A DNA stretch of 64,000 nucleotides from Promethearchaeota archaeon (lineage in GTDB: Archaea > Asgardarchaeota > Lokiarchaeia > Sigyniarchaeales > SOKP01): contig JBHLOI010000001.1 in NCBI GenBank assembly GCA_048940645.1, positions 64,001-128,000 of the forward strand, in the 5' to 3' direction. Below, piece after piece: positions 29,075 through 38,475 of this stretch (within the stretch, counting starts at the first letter, position 1; the number at the start of each line of letters is the position of its first letter). A model generated the notes under the pieces. It saw only the letters and a list, made by a program, of their open reading frames with translations, was not told the origin of the DNA and ran no database searches. A program made the translations under genes and the position numbers.

Positions 29075-29920
29075 TTATGATTTCTTTTCTTTTTTAGGAA
29101 ACCAAGGGATAAATGAGCTAGTTCTTCTTTTATATTCAGCATATTCTTCATTACCTTCAAATCTTTTATCTAGAAGTTTTACACCAGATACATTTATTAT
29201 TTGAAATGTAATATAAGCTGGTCCTATAAAGGTTAAAAAGCCAAATGGAACTGCCAAAGCAATTATAAAAAGACCCCACCATTGAGTTACTTCTCCAAAA
29301 TAGTTTGGATGCATAGAATATTTCCATACGCTCTTCGTCATAATTTTTCCTTGATTTGCTGGATCCTTTAAGAATTTATAAAGAGAAAAGTCTGCTATAG
29401 TTTCAAAGAAAAATCCTATCAGCCATATAATGGCTCCTAACCATAAAGTTATTCCTCCAAAGTCTAATAGGCTGACTACAGGAGGATTTTCACTTATGTT
29501 TGTAAACCAAACTGGAATATCAACTAAAAAAACAATAATTCCTTGAAACATATATACTTTGAAGAAACTTTTCAAAGCTACATTTGTTTTCCATCTTTCT
29601 CGCATTGCTTTATAACGATAATCTTCAGGTTTTCCCCTATTCCTAATATATACATAGCTTGCTAATCTTATTGCCCAAACTAAAACTAGGCTAGTTGCTA
29701 TAATTTGCCGAATACAAAAAGATGATGTTAGTATTATATTAAGGATTAAACTCGTTATAGACACCACAAAATAAGCAGGACCATAAAAAATATCCATAAT
29801 TGCATTATTCTTCTTTACGGTTCCTACAATGAAAGCAATAAATATGTAAATAAAAAGAGCTATAGCTGAATAACCAATTATTAATAACATAGTCTCAATA
29901 TTTGTCATAATAAAGCACAA
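29075..29920 (-). CDS. DUF1295 / steroid 5-alpha-reductase-like membrane protein
   Basis: EDYRY, FQG, ETIAD..L..F, WKYS.HPNYFGE...WWG, Y..Y...TS.FIPW.P. Confidence 0.88.
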   Translation of the reverse strand: MCFIMTNIETMLLIIGYSAIALFIYIFIAFIVGTVKKNNAIMDIFYGPAYFVVSITSLILNIILTSSFCIRQIIATSLVLVWAIRLASYVYIRNRGKPEDYRYKAMRERWKTNVALKSFFKVYMFQGIIVFLVDIPVWFTNISENPPVVSLLDFGGITLWLGAIIWLIGFFFETIADFSLYKFLKDPANQGKIMTKSVWKYSMHPNYFGEVTQWWGLFIIALAVPFGFLTFIGPAYITFQIINVSGVKLLDKRFEGNEEYAEYKRRTSSFIPWFPKKEKKS

Positions 29921-30008
29921 TTAAACTGTAAGATTATAATAACTAGTCAGAAAATACGAGAATATTTATAGTTTGTATTTATTAATTAAAGATTTTTATA
30001 AATAGGTT

Positions 30009-31829
30009 CTAAAGCTTTTCCTTTTTATCTTCTTCAATATTTACTTCATGCTCTACCTTAAATTTAACCTCTTCGTCAACATTTTTTTTCATGATAATAT
30101 CTCTTCGGGATTCAGCATATTTATTTGGCTTTAATTTAATTGCAGGAATTCCTATATAAATAAAGCCAGGTTCCAAAATTTGGTTATAAGTTGTGGTTGA
30201 GATGGCTCCTACCATTGTATCTTTTCCAACAATAGTACCTGGAGCAATAGTGGTATGTCCTCCAACAAGAGCATAATCATCAAGAAATATTTTTGAAATT
30301 ACGAGATATTTCCCTACAACCATTGAACTCATCAAGGTTGCACCCTGACCCACAACAACCTTTCTCCCTAAGTATAAAAATTCTCCATCACACCATGCAT
30401 CATATAAATAGCTCGAGAAATCCATTTTTATTCCAAACCATTTGAAAGCAATGACATCTGCCCATGGAATGGGGCTATTTCTCATGAGCCATAAAACAAT
30501 TTTTTTTAATTCAGTACGCAACATCCAAAATTCATAATCAGTATCTCCTATCTCAGCCAGAAACGTACCCTCTTTGGGTTTATGAATTAAATTAACCAAA
30601 AGTAGAAAAAGCTTGCTATATAAGAAACATCCAAGGATAAAAATAAAATATAATGCAAATAATATAACTGGTAAAAAAAAAGTAAACATAATCAGATTTT
30701 TAACGAAAAATGTGTAGGTATAAAATAACACTGCTACTTGTAACCCGCTTATCCAAAAAATGGGTAGATAAACTGCTAAAAATTTTATATTTATTCGACT
30801 TATAGCTGAGCTAGTTGTAAAATCAAGATTATAATCTACATTTTCATATTCAATTGCATTTTGTTCATTCACTTTTGGTTGGTTTGAATCTACTTCTTTT
30901 TTCTCTTGCTTTCTTTTAGTTTTTTTATTCTTATTTTTAGACTTCTTAACTTCGATATTTTCTAAAAGAATTTTATTTTTCTCTAAATCCTCAGGAGTTA
31001 AATCTAAATATCTCATAACTTTTTTATCAAAGATTTTCCTTAAAGGAATACCAAAATAATAATGATGATCTCCCTTTACAACATTGTGTTTAGTAGCGGA
31101 CGCTAAAGGTAAGAGATATGAATTACTATGAATCATTGTACCAGGTCCAATTTGATTATTTCCCGCAATAGTAATATTATCACCAGCTTGTATTTGAAAA
31201 TATGAAATATTCCCCCATACTCCGTCTATTAAATGTGTAGCTAATGTAGAATTAACTCCGATATAACAATTTTTTCCGACAATTGCGAACTTTTCGTTAC
31301 CAACAGATTCTTCAAAAGTGGTCCCTTTTCCAATAACCATTGAACCTACATAATTATATAACCAATTTGATAACCATGGAAATAATCCTTTAACAAATGT
31401 ATTTTTAGGATACTTCATAAGGAATGATCTTATATGATAATATTTCTCAGTTTTGCTTTTAATATTCCGGGGGATTATTCCATTTTTAGATGGTGATTTA
31501 CTTTCAGTATAAGCCCATATTATACGTGTGATTAAAGCAATGAAATATAATCGAATAAGATAACATACAATTAAAACGAGTGGCATTGTAAGTAAAGCCA
31601 TCAAGGGTTCGATTTCTGTAAAAATTGCTATAAAATTAGAAATTTCAAGGAAGTTAGGTAAAAAATATAAGAAAAAGTATAACATAAAAACTGTGATTGG
31701 TACTAAAAATGAACCTAGATAATTTGTTAATAATATCATAAATGATAATATCAGGGAATAACTCATTTCTTCCCTTTGAACTTCAGGTTTTAAAATTTTG
31801 GATGCTTTGCTTTTTTTTTTCGAATCCAT
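30009..31829 (-). CDS. Fusion of two TM+LbH modules (types A+B), second copy
   Basis: Colinear with 15473..17350, Lys-rich linker. Confidence 0.8.
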   Translation of the reverse strand: MDSKKKSKASKILKPEVQREEMSYSLILSFMILLTNYLGSFLVPITVFMLYFFLYFLPNFLEISNFIAIFTEIEPLMALLTMPLVLIVCYLIRLYFIALITRIIWAYTESKSPSKNGIIPRNIKSKTEKYYHIRSFLMKYPKNTFVKGLFPWLSNWLYNYVGSMVIGKGTTFEESVGNEKFAIVGKNCYIGVNSTLATHLIDGVWGNISYFQIQAGDNITIAGNNQIGPGTMIHSNSYLLPLASATKHNVVKGDHHYYFGIPLRKIFDKKVMRYLDLTPEDLEKNKILLENIEVKKSKNKNKKTKRKQEKKEVDSNQPKVNEQNAIEYENVDYNLDFTTSSAISRINIKFLAVYLPIFWISGLQVAVLFYTYTFFVKNLIMFTFFLPVILFALYFIFILGCFLYSKLFLLLVNLIHKPKEGTFLAEIGDTDYEFWMLRTELKKIVLWLMRNSPIPWADVIAFKWFGIKMDFSSYLYDAWCDGEFLYLGRKVVVGQGATLMSSMVVGKYLVISKIFLDDYALVGGHTTIAPGTIVGKDTMVGAISTTTYNQILEPGFIYIGIPAIKLKPNKYAESRRDIIMKKNVDEEVKFKVEHEVNIEEDKKEKL

Positions 31830-32283
31830 TTGGAATAAAATCCTTTTGTAACTTTATTACTTAATTAAGATGCTATACAATTTGTATTTTTAGAATGTTT
31901 TTATCATTTTTTAAATTACTATGAATCGTATAATAATTATTATAAATTAAAAATCTTTTTTACAATTTTTCTTTAAATATTTTGTATCTATATCGAAATA
32001 TGATTACTTACGACAAAATTGCGACAAAATCATAAGCAAAACTTAAATTATAAAACAGTTAAAAATTAAAGGCTTGAATACAATGTATATCATAGAATTC
32101 TTAAAGCAGTTTATATCAAGAACCACAAAATTTAATCAATCTCTTAATAAAAACTATACCATAATTTTATATTACATTAAATCATTAAGTTCTAGTTAGG
32201 TTAAGGCAGAATAAACTAAAATGTTATAATTAAAGCCGATAAAATTTAGTTAATAATGTTTTTCATAATAATGGAGGATTAGA

Positions 32284-34518
32284 ATGACAGAAAATTCTTT
32301 TTCATTGATAGATTTGTATCCAAAATATGTAATCAATTCTAAAGGTGAAAAGAAAAAATTTGATGAAACAAATATTGCCAAAGTTTTAAATAAGGAAACC
32401 GGGCTTGATATGCATATTGCTGAGAAAGTTGCTGAAGATGTAATTAGAAAAATAATTGGTCTCGGAATACATGAAATTAGAACTAACTATATTAGGGAAT
32501 TGGTTTGTGTAGAATTAACCCAACGTGGATTAAATAAATATAGGAATCTATTTGCGCGCGCAATTAATTTAGAAAATATATCTTTCAAACTTGATGAAAA
32601 ATTCATTTTTCAATTTAAGGGAAAACAACCTAATTGGGGACCTTTAGGCTATATCACCTATAAAAGGACTTATGCCCGAATTATAGAAAAGGAAAATCGA
32701 AAAGAAGAATTTTGGGAAACAATTCAAAGAGTTGTTGAGGGTTGTTATTCTATCCAAAAAGAACATTGTATCAAATTAAGTTTGCCATGGAGTGATGAAA
32801 AAGCTCAGAAATCAGCCCAGAAAATGTTCGAAAAGATTTGGCATTTTAAATTCTTACCCCCTGGGCGCGGTTTATGGATGATGGGCACAGAATTTATTGC
32901 AAGGCATGGCTCTATGTCGTTAAACAATTGTGGTTTTGCGTCTACAGAAGATATCAATCGAAAATATTCGAAAGCTTTCGAATTTGTTATGGATGCTCTA
33001 ATGTTGGGAGTTGGAGTTGGATTTGATACAAAGGGTGCGGCAAAGATTACAATTAAGAAACCAAAAGAAAATCATTTTACCTTTCAAATACCTGATAGTA
33101 GAGAAGGATGGGTTGAGGCGCTTAAATTGACCTTGGAGGCATATTTTCTAGGAAAACAAATACCCAATTATGACTTCTCTCTTGTTCGTCCATCCGGAGA
33201 GCCTATACGAGGTTTTGGAGGAGTAGCATCAGGTCCTAATCCCCTAAAACAAATGTTAGAGGATATACGAAAAATATTAGATAATAGAGTGAACCAACCA
33301 ATAACTTCTGTTGATATTGTAGATATTATGAACCTTATTGGGAAATGTGTAGTCGCCGGAAATGTTAGAAGATCTGCAGAAATCGCTTTAGGAGATCCTA
33401 CAGATTTAAAATTTATCACTTGTAAACAAGATGAAAAAAAATTATATTCTCATAGATGGGCAAGCAATAACAGTATCTTTGCTGTAAAAGGGCTAGATTA
33501 TTCCTTTATTGCCGATCAAATAGTTGTAAATGGAGAACCTGGAGTTTTTTGGTTAGAAAATGCAAAAGCGTATGGAAGGATGGGAGACCCTCCAAATTAT
33601 AAAGATAAAAAGGCAGCAGGAGTAAATCCTTGCGGAGAACAAACATTAGAGTCATTCGAACTGTGCTGTCTTGTAGAAACATTTCCTTCGAACCATAATT
33701 CTTATGAAGAGTTCCAAGAAACCTTAAAATATGCCTATCTTTATTCTAAATCAGTAACATTAGTAAATACACACTGGCCTGAAACTAATGCTGTTATGCT
33801 TAAAAATAGACGTATGGGAATCTCTCAAACAGGAATAATTGAGGCTTTTGTAAAACATGGAAGGAGAAAGGTGCTTGATTGGAGCGAACGCGCTTATAAA
33901 TATTTAAAAAATTTAGACGAGGAGTATTCTAATTGGTTATGTATACCAAAATCAATTAAATTAACAACTGTTAAACCAAGTGGCACTGTGAGCTTACTAC
34001 CAGGAGTGACTCCGGGAATTCATTATCCACATTCAGAATATTATATCCGCAGAATACGGATATCAAAAAACTCTGATTTAATTGAGCATATTAAAAATGC
34101 CGGATATAAAGTAGAAGATGATTCCTATTCTCCCAATACAGTAGTTGCAGAATTTCCTGTCCATGAAGAATATTTTGATCGTTCTAAAAAAGAGGTTTCA
34201 ATTTGGGAGCAAGTAGCTAATGCTATAGACTATCAAAGATATTGGTCTGATAACCAAGTATCTATAACGATTACTTTCAAACCTGAAGAAAAAAATGAAC
34301 TTAAACGTGTATTGGAATTTTGTGAAGATAAATTAAAAAGTGCTAGTTTTCTACCATTAAAAGAACACGGATATAAACAACCTCCATACGAAGAGATTAC
34401 AGAAGAGAAATATGAACAATTAGTAGTAAATATAAAGCCACTTGATTTAGACGAAACAAAAGATCGTGCCATAGGAGAAAAGTTTTGTGACAGTGAACTT
34501 TGTGAAGTTCGCTTTTAG
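32284..34518 (+). CDS. nrdJ: Class II (adenosylcobalamin-dependent) ribonucleotide reductase, RTPR/monomeric-type, with N-terminal ATP cone
   Basis: ATP cone (V.NSKG....FD...I...IRELVCVEL), YKRTYAR, PPGRGLW, NNC, GNVRRSAEI, NPCGEQ, TTVKPSGT, C-terminal CDSELC. Confidence 0.92.
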   Translation: MTENSFSLIDLYPKYVINSKGEKKKFDETNIAKVLNKETGLDMHIAEKVAEDVIRKIIGLGIHEIRTNYIRELVCVELTQRGLNKYRNLFARAINLENISFKLDEKFIFQFKGKQPNWGPLGYITYKRTYARIIEKENRKEEFWETIQRVVEGCYSIQKEHCIKLSLPWSDEKAQKSAQKMFEKIWHFKFLPPGRGLWMMGTEFIARHGSMSLNNCGFASTEDINRKYSKAFEFVMDALMLGVGVGFDTKGAAKITIKKPKENHFTFQIPDSREGWVEALKLTLEAYFLGKQIPNYDFSLVRPSGEPIRGFGGVASGPNPLKQMLEDIRKILDNRVNQPITSVDIVDIMNLIGKCVVAGNVRRSAEIALGDPTDLKFITCKQDEKKLYSHRWASNNSIFAVKGLDYSFIADQIVVNGEPGVFWLENAKAYGRMGDPPNYKDKKAAGVNPCGEQTLESFELCCLVETFPSNHNSYEEFQETLKYAYLYSKSVTLVNTHWPETNAVMLKNRRMGISQTGIIEAFVKHGRRKVLDWSERAYKYLKNLDEEYSNWLCIPKSIKLTTVKPSGTVSLLPGVTPGIHYPHSEYYIRRIRISKNSDLIEHIKNAGYKVEDDSYSPNTVVAEFPVHEEYFDRSKKEVSIWEQVANAIDYQRYWSDNQVSITITFKPEEKNELKRVLEFCEDKLKSASFLPLKEHGYKQPPYEEITEEKYEQLVVNIKPLDLDETKDRAIGEKFCDSELCEVRF

Positions 34519-34681
34519 ATTAATAGGTTGAATAAGTTTACTTCAAAGAATAAAATTTTAAATTAAAAATAACTTCTTTTGATTAATAAGAATTTAAAGA
34601 AAAAATTAAAAGCAATCCAAGAAAATTTATTTTTATCAATAAAGAATTTTTACAACAAATTTTCAAAATATGTGATTTTTA

Positions 34682-35614
34682 ATGGCTGAAGAAGATCCAG
34701 TTGAAGAAATAGAAAAAATGGCAGAAAAGAAGTCAAAAAAGCCTCGAACTCAAGCTAGATCTATTCCAAAAGGGAAAAAAAAAGCAACTAAAGAAAAAAA
34801 AGCTGCAGAAGTCCCTGCTGAACCAACCCAAATTGTATTTAAAAAGTTTAAAGTAAATTTTTGGAGAACACGTTTACATGATGAGGAAATAGGAGTGCAT
34901 CAACAACTTAAATACCAAGCAAAGACTCGCTGGTTCAGTAAGAATTTTGACATTGAGGGAGTAATAGAAGAAGATGATGAAAAGAAGTATATAATAGCAT
35001 TTAATAAAGAACAGTGGGAAGAAAGCCCTGTAGAAGAGAGGAGACTCGTATGTCGTTATTTTACAATTATGGAAGAGAGTATGGATGCTACACCTAAAGG
35101 AGGGAATTTCAAAGGTGGTGTTGAATTAAGCGTTGCCCATTCTTTGATCCAGAGTTATGAAATTAAACATGCAGCACCAGTATTTTTCTTTCAAATACCC
35201 GGTACAATCAATCTAGTACGATGTAATAGAGGGTGGAGATTAGTAGGTACGCGTTGGACTTTTCCACTACTTCCTGAACAAAAAGAGGATGAATTACAAG
35301 TAGTTCATGCTAAAGGTGTTGTTGGACCTGGAAGAAATTATAAGATATATATAGGTAAAAAACTCATTGCGAGAGTGGATGGAAAGCCAATTCAAAAAGA
35401 ATTTGAAATAGAATTCTTTGATCAAGCCTACGCAAAAGATAAAACTTTTCAGAGATATATGATTTTATTTGGGTGTGCCTGTAATTTTATGGACGGTGCT
35501 AGGAAAACAATTAAACGACTCTACAGAAAAATGAAAAATACAGGAAGTTCGCCATATAAACCACCGAAACAAGAGTTAGATTTATTTAGAAATCCTAGAA
35601 TGATGCGTAGATAA
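34682..35614 (+). CDS. Hypothetical protein, possibly tubby C-terminal/LURP-one/scramblase-like
   Basis: Beta-strand-rich repeats (NYKIYIGKKLIARVDGK...FEIEF) ending in a hydrophobic helix; Lys-rich N-terminus. Confidence 0.5.
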   Translation: MAEEDPVEEIEKMAEKKSKKPRTQARSIPKGKKKATKEKKAAEVPAEPTQIVFKKFKVNFWRTRLHDEEIGVHQQLKYQAKTRWFSKNFDIEGVIEEDDEKKYIIAFNKEQWEESPVEERRLVCRYFTIMEESMDATPKGGNFKGGVELSVAHSLIQSYEIKHAAPVFFFQIPGTINLVRCNRGWRLVGTRWTFPLLPEQKEDELQVVHAKGVVGPGRNYKIYIGKKLIARVDGKPIQKEFEIEFFDQAYAKDKTFQRYMILFGCACNFMDGARKTIKRLYRKMKNTGSSPYKPPKQELDLFRNPRMMRR

Positions 35615-35664
35615 AATAACAGGAAAATTATTAAAAAAATTTTTTTATTTTTATTTTTTAAAAA

Positions 35665-36432
35665 TTAACTTAGCATTTTCTGTTTCCAAGCTGTATATCC
35701 CTTAGTTTCTTTTCCTCTGTAAATCGCCTTTTTACCAGTTTGTTTTTTATAGATTGTTTGGAGTGTTTCTTCATCAGCTGCTTTTAGTTCTTCTTTTTTA
35801 ATTTCTTCTTCAATCTCATATTCTTCTTCTATTCGTTTGACTCTTTTCAATACTGCAAATACAGCATGGTTCCAAAGTACAAATCCTAAATAAATCACAC
35901 CTATTATTACGAGCATTAAGATCCCAATAAATAATACCCATTCTCCAGGATTGAATCGAAGGACATATGCCCATAATTGTGCAACCCAATTCCATAAAAA
36001 TGAAGGAATGATAACCACGACAAGGGTTATGAGAAAAATGTAAACACTTATCAAAGCTACAGCAACTAGTAATCTAAGAGTCGCATAATCTTCATACTTT
36101 TTGGCCAGCACTCTATCTTTGAACATTCGTTGGCATAATCTTAATATTCCTCCTCGGAATAATATATAGAACAATACCAACAGAAAAAGATGGCCAACAA
36201 CAATCCCTACGATGATAAGGGCTACAACTCCCGGTCCCAAATTAGCAATTTCTTCCCAAATTCCTTCTTCAATTAACCAAAATATAATCATTAACCATAT
36301 ACCAAGGATTGTTATAACAGCACCTATTATTATGGCGTAATAAATCATTTTAGCAATACGTAAATCCCACGTACTATATTCATCTAATGGATCAGGCGCT
36401 CTCAATGGTGCTTTTCTGGCTTTTCGTGGCAT
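35665..36432 (-). CDS. Four-TM hypothetical membrane protein
   Basis: Hydrophobic segments, charged C-terminal tail. Confidence 0.75.
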   Translation of the reverse strand: MPRKARKAPLRAPDPLDEYSTWDLRIAKMIYYAIIIGAVITILGIWLMIIFWLIEEGIWEEIANLGPGVVALIIVGIVVGHLFLLVLFYILFRGGILRLCQRMFKDRVLAKKYEDYATLRLLVAVALISVYIFLITLVVVIIPSFLWNWVAQLWAYVLRFNPGEWVLFIGILMLVIIGVIYLGFVLWNHAVFAVLKRVKRIEEEYEIEEEIKKEELKAADEETLQTIYKKQTGKKAIYRGKETKGYTAWKQKMLS

Positions 36433-36555
36433 TATTTTCTCAACTTAAATTATTTTTACATTTTAAATTAGAAATTCAAAATTATATTATTTTATATTTT
36501 ATTTTAGTTTATTTGAATATTTTTCCTATTTAAATATTATAGGATTGATAAGTTG

Positions 36556-37011
36556 TTATTTTTCATAGGGGGCTTTTAATGCACTATGGCAATAAGGACA
36601 CCGATTAGCATCAGGATCAATATCTTCTCCACAATAAGGACAGAAGGTTTTATCAGAAGGCACTTTTTCTTCGCCTTCTTCTTCGATTTTTACCTTTTCT
36701 TCCTTCTTTCTTCGCTTAATTTCCTTTCCCGCTTTTTTAAGCACTTTTTCTTTAGCTGTTAAGGGAATAGCCTCTTCTTCTTTTTCTTCTTCTGATACAA
36801 ATGGTTCCTTTGAAAACTTTAACTGCGAGAAACATGTTGGGCAGTGGGTTTTTGGTCTATTAGCATAATAAATTGCGTAAATAAGAGCCGCTATTCCTAC
36901 TGTTGCAACAATTACTATAATCCAAACTGTTTTTTTAGATGTTTCCAATGGTTTACGTACAGGATGATCTATTTCTTTTTTACAGACGTTACAATATGCA
37001 TATCGAGTCAT
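36556..37011 (-). CDS. LITAF-like zinc domain plus C-terminal zinc ribbon
   Basis: CNVC - hydrophobic segment - HCPTC; then CPYC..CPYC. Confidence 0.65.
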   Translation of the reverse strand: MTRYAYCNVCKKEIDHPVRKPLETSKKTVWIIVIVATVGIAALIYAIYYANRPKTHCPTCFSQLKFSKEPFVSEEEKEEEAIPLTAKEKVLKKAGKEIKRRKKEEKVKIEEEGEEKVPSDKTFCPYCGEDIDPDANRCPYCHSALKAPYEK

Positions 37012-37139
37012 ATTATTTCATCTCAAAAATTTCGAGCATGTTATTTTAAATAATAGATTATTTTAATTAAAAAAGTCTTTTAAACCTATAATATATTGCT
37101 CTATAAAATATGATTTAATTAACTCAAAATGAACTGAAT

Positions 37140-38456
37140 TTGGAACGAAATAAATTTTATATCGAGACGTATGGATGTACTTCAAATAAAGCAGATTCTT
37201 ACATTATTACAAATCTATTAAATAAATCAAATTATGTAAGTTCAACCTTAGATGATGCTAATTTCATTATTATTAATTCTTGTGGCGTAAAACAACAAAC
37301 AGAAAATAAGATCAAAACGCGCTTAAAATCTTTATATAACCTTTTTAGGAAGAATTCAGAAAAATTTATTATAATTACTGGTTGCCTACCTTTTATTGAT
37401 TATTCATATATAGATGTGATTAGAAAGATCGTGCCTAATTTTTCAGCTATTATTGATTTAGATAACATTCACGAATTTCCAAAAATTTTGGAGCAAATAA
37501 AAAAGGGTAAAACAAATTTAATAATCAAATCTCAAGAAATAATAGATAAATCGGAATTTTTAATTGATTTTGCTTCAGGAAAGATTACTGGGATTGTTCC
37601 TATTTCCGAAGGGTGTCTTGGAGCTTGTACTTACTGTTGTGTAAAGAATGCTAGGGGGCGTCTAAACTGCTATCAGCCCAAGAATATAATTAAAAATGTA
37701 AAATATCAATTAAAGCAGGGAATTAAACAGATTTATTTAACTTCTCAAGATTGTAGCACCTATAAGTATAATAACACACAATTATTAGATTTAATAAAGC
37801 ATATCATTGATTTGGACTTTAAATTCTTTTTAAGAATAGGAATGCTAAACCCAAGATTTCTAATTGATAATTTAGATCAATTAATTACCATTTTTAACTT
37901 TAAAAATGTATATCAATTTTTACATATTCCAATTCAATCTGGAAGTGATAATATTTTAGAAAAAATGAATAGATCCTATAGAATTTCAGAAATTATTGAT
38001 AAAATTGAAATTTTGAAAAAAAACTTCCCACACTTAACAATATCTACTGATATAATATGCGGCTTCCCCGGAGAAACTGAAGCTGATTTTATAAAAACGG
38101 TTGAATTGATAAAATGGCTTAAACCAGAGATTCTTAATATCTCGAAATTTACCCCGCGTCCTGGTACTAAAGCAAAAGTAATGAAACAAATTGATAGTAA
38201 AATTATAAAAGAAAGATCAAATCGCCTTTCGAAAATATTTAGGCAAAATTTATCTAATTTAAATAAAGGGTGGGAAAACTGGAAGGGCGAAGTTTTAATA
38301 CTCCATGAAGGAGAAGATAAAAACCAAGTTTTTGGAAGAAATTTTGCCTATAAAAATATATTCATTTATAATTATAATGGTCAATTTGGTTCTTTTGTTA
38401 AGGCTAAAATAAATAAAGTTGATGGATTCAATCTTTTTGGAGAGGTCATTGATTGA
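37140..38456 (+). CDS. tRNA t6A37 methylthiotransferase (archaeal/eukaryotic MtaB, CDKAL1-like), radical SAM
   Basis: ETYGCTSN, NSCGVK, GC, EGCLGACTYC, HIPIQSGSD, TDIICGFPGET, TRAM C-terminus. Confidence 0.9.
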   Translation: MERNKFYIETYGCTSNKADSYIITNLLNKSNYVSSTLDDANFIIINSCGVKQQTENKIKTRLKSLYNLFRKNSEKFIIITGCLPFIDYSYIDVIRKIVPNFSAIIDLDNIHEFPKILEQIKKGKTNLIIKSQEIIDKSEFLIDFASGKITGIVPISEGCLGACTYCCVKNARGRLNCYQPKNIIKNVKYQLKQGIKQIYLTSQDCSTYKYNNTQLLDLIKHIIDLDFKFFLRIGMLNPRFLIDNLDQLITIFNFKNVYQFLHIPIQSGSDNILEKMNRSYRISEIIDKIEILKKNFPHLTISTDIICGFPGETEADFIKTVELIKWLKPEILNISKFTPRPGTKAKVMKQIDSKIIKERSNRLSKIFRQNLSNLNKGWENWKGEVLILHEGEDKNQVFGRNFAYKNIFIYNYNGQFGSFVKAKINKVDGFNLFGEVID

Positions 38457-38475
38457 AGTCGTCTACAAAAGTTAA

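Noticed and set aside
31830-32283. Cobalamin riboswitch or NrdR boxes upstream of nrdJ
   Set aside because: Very AT-rich; no B12-box and no convincing NrdR palindromes seen
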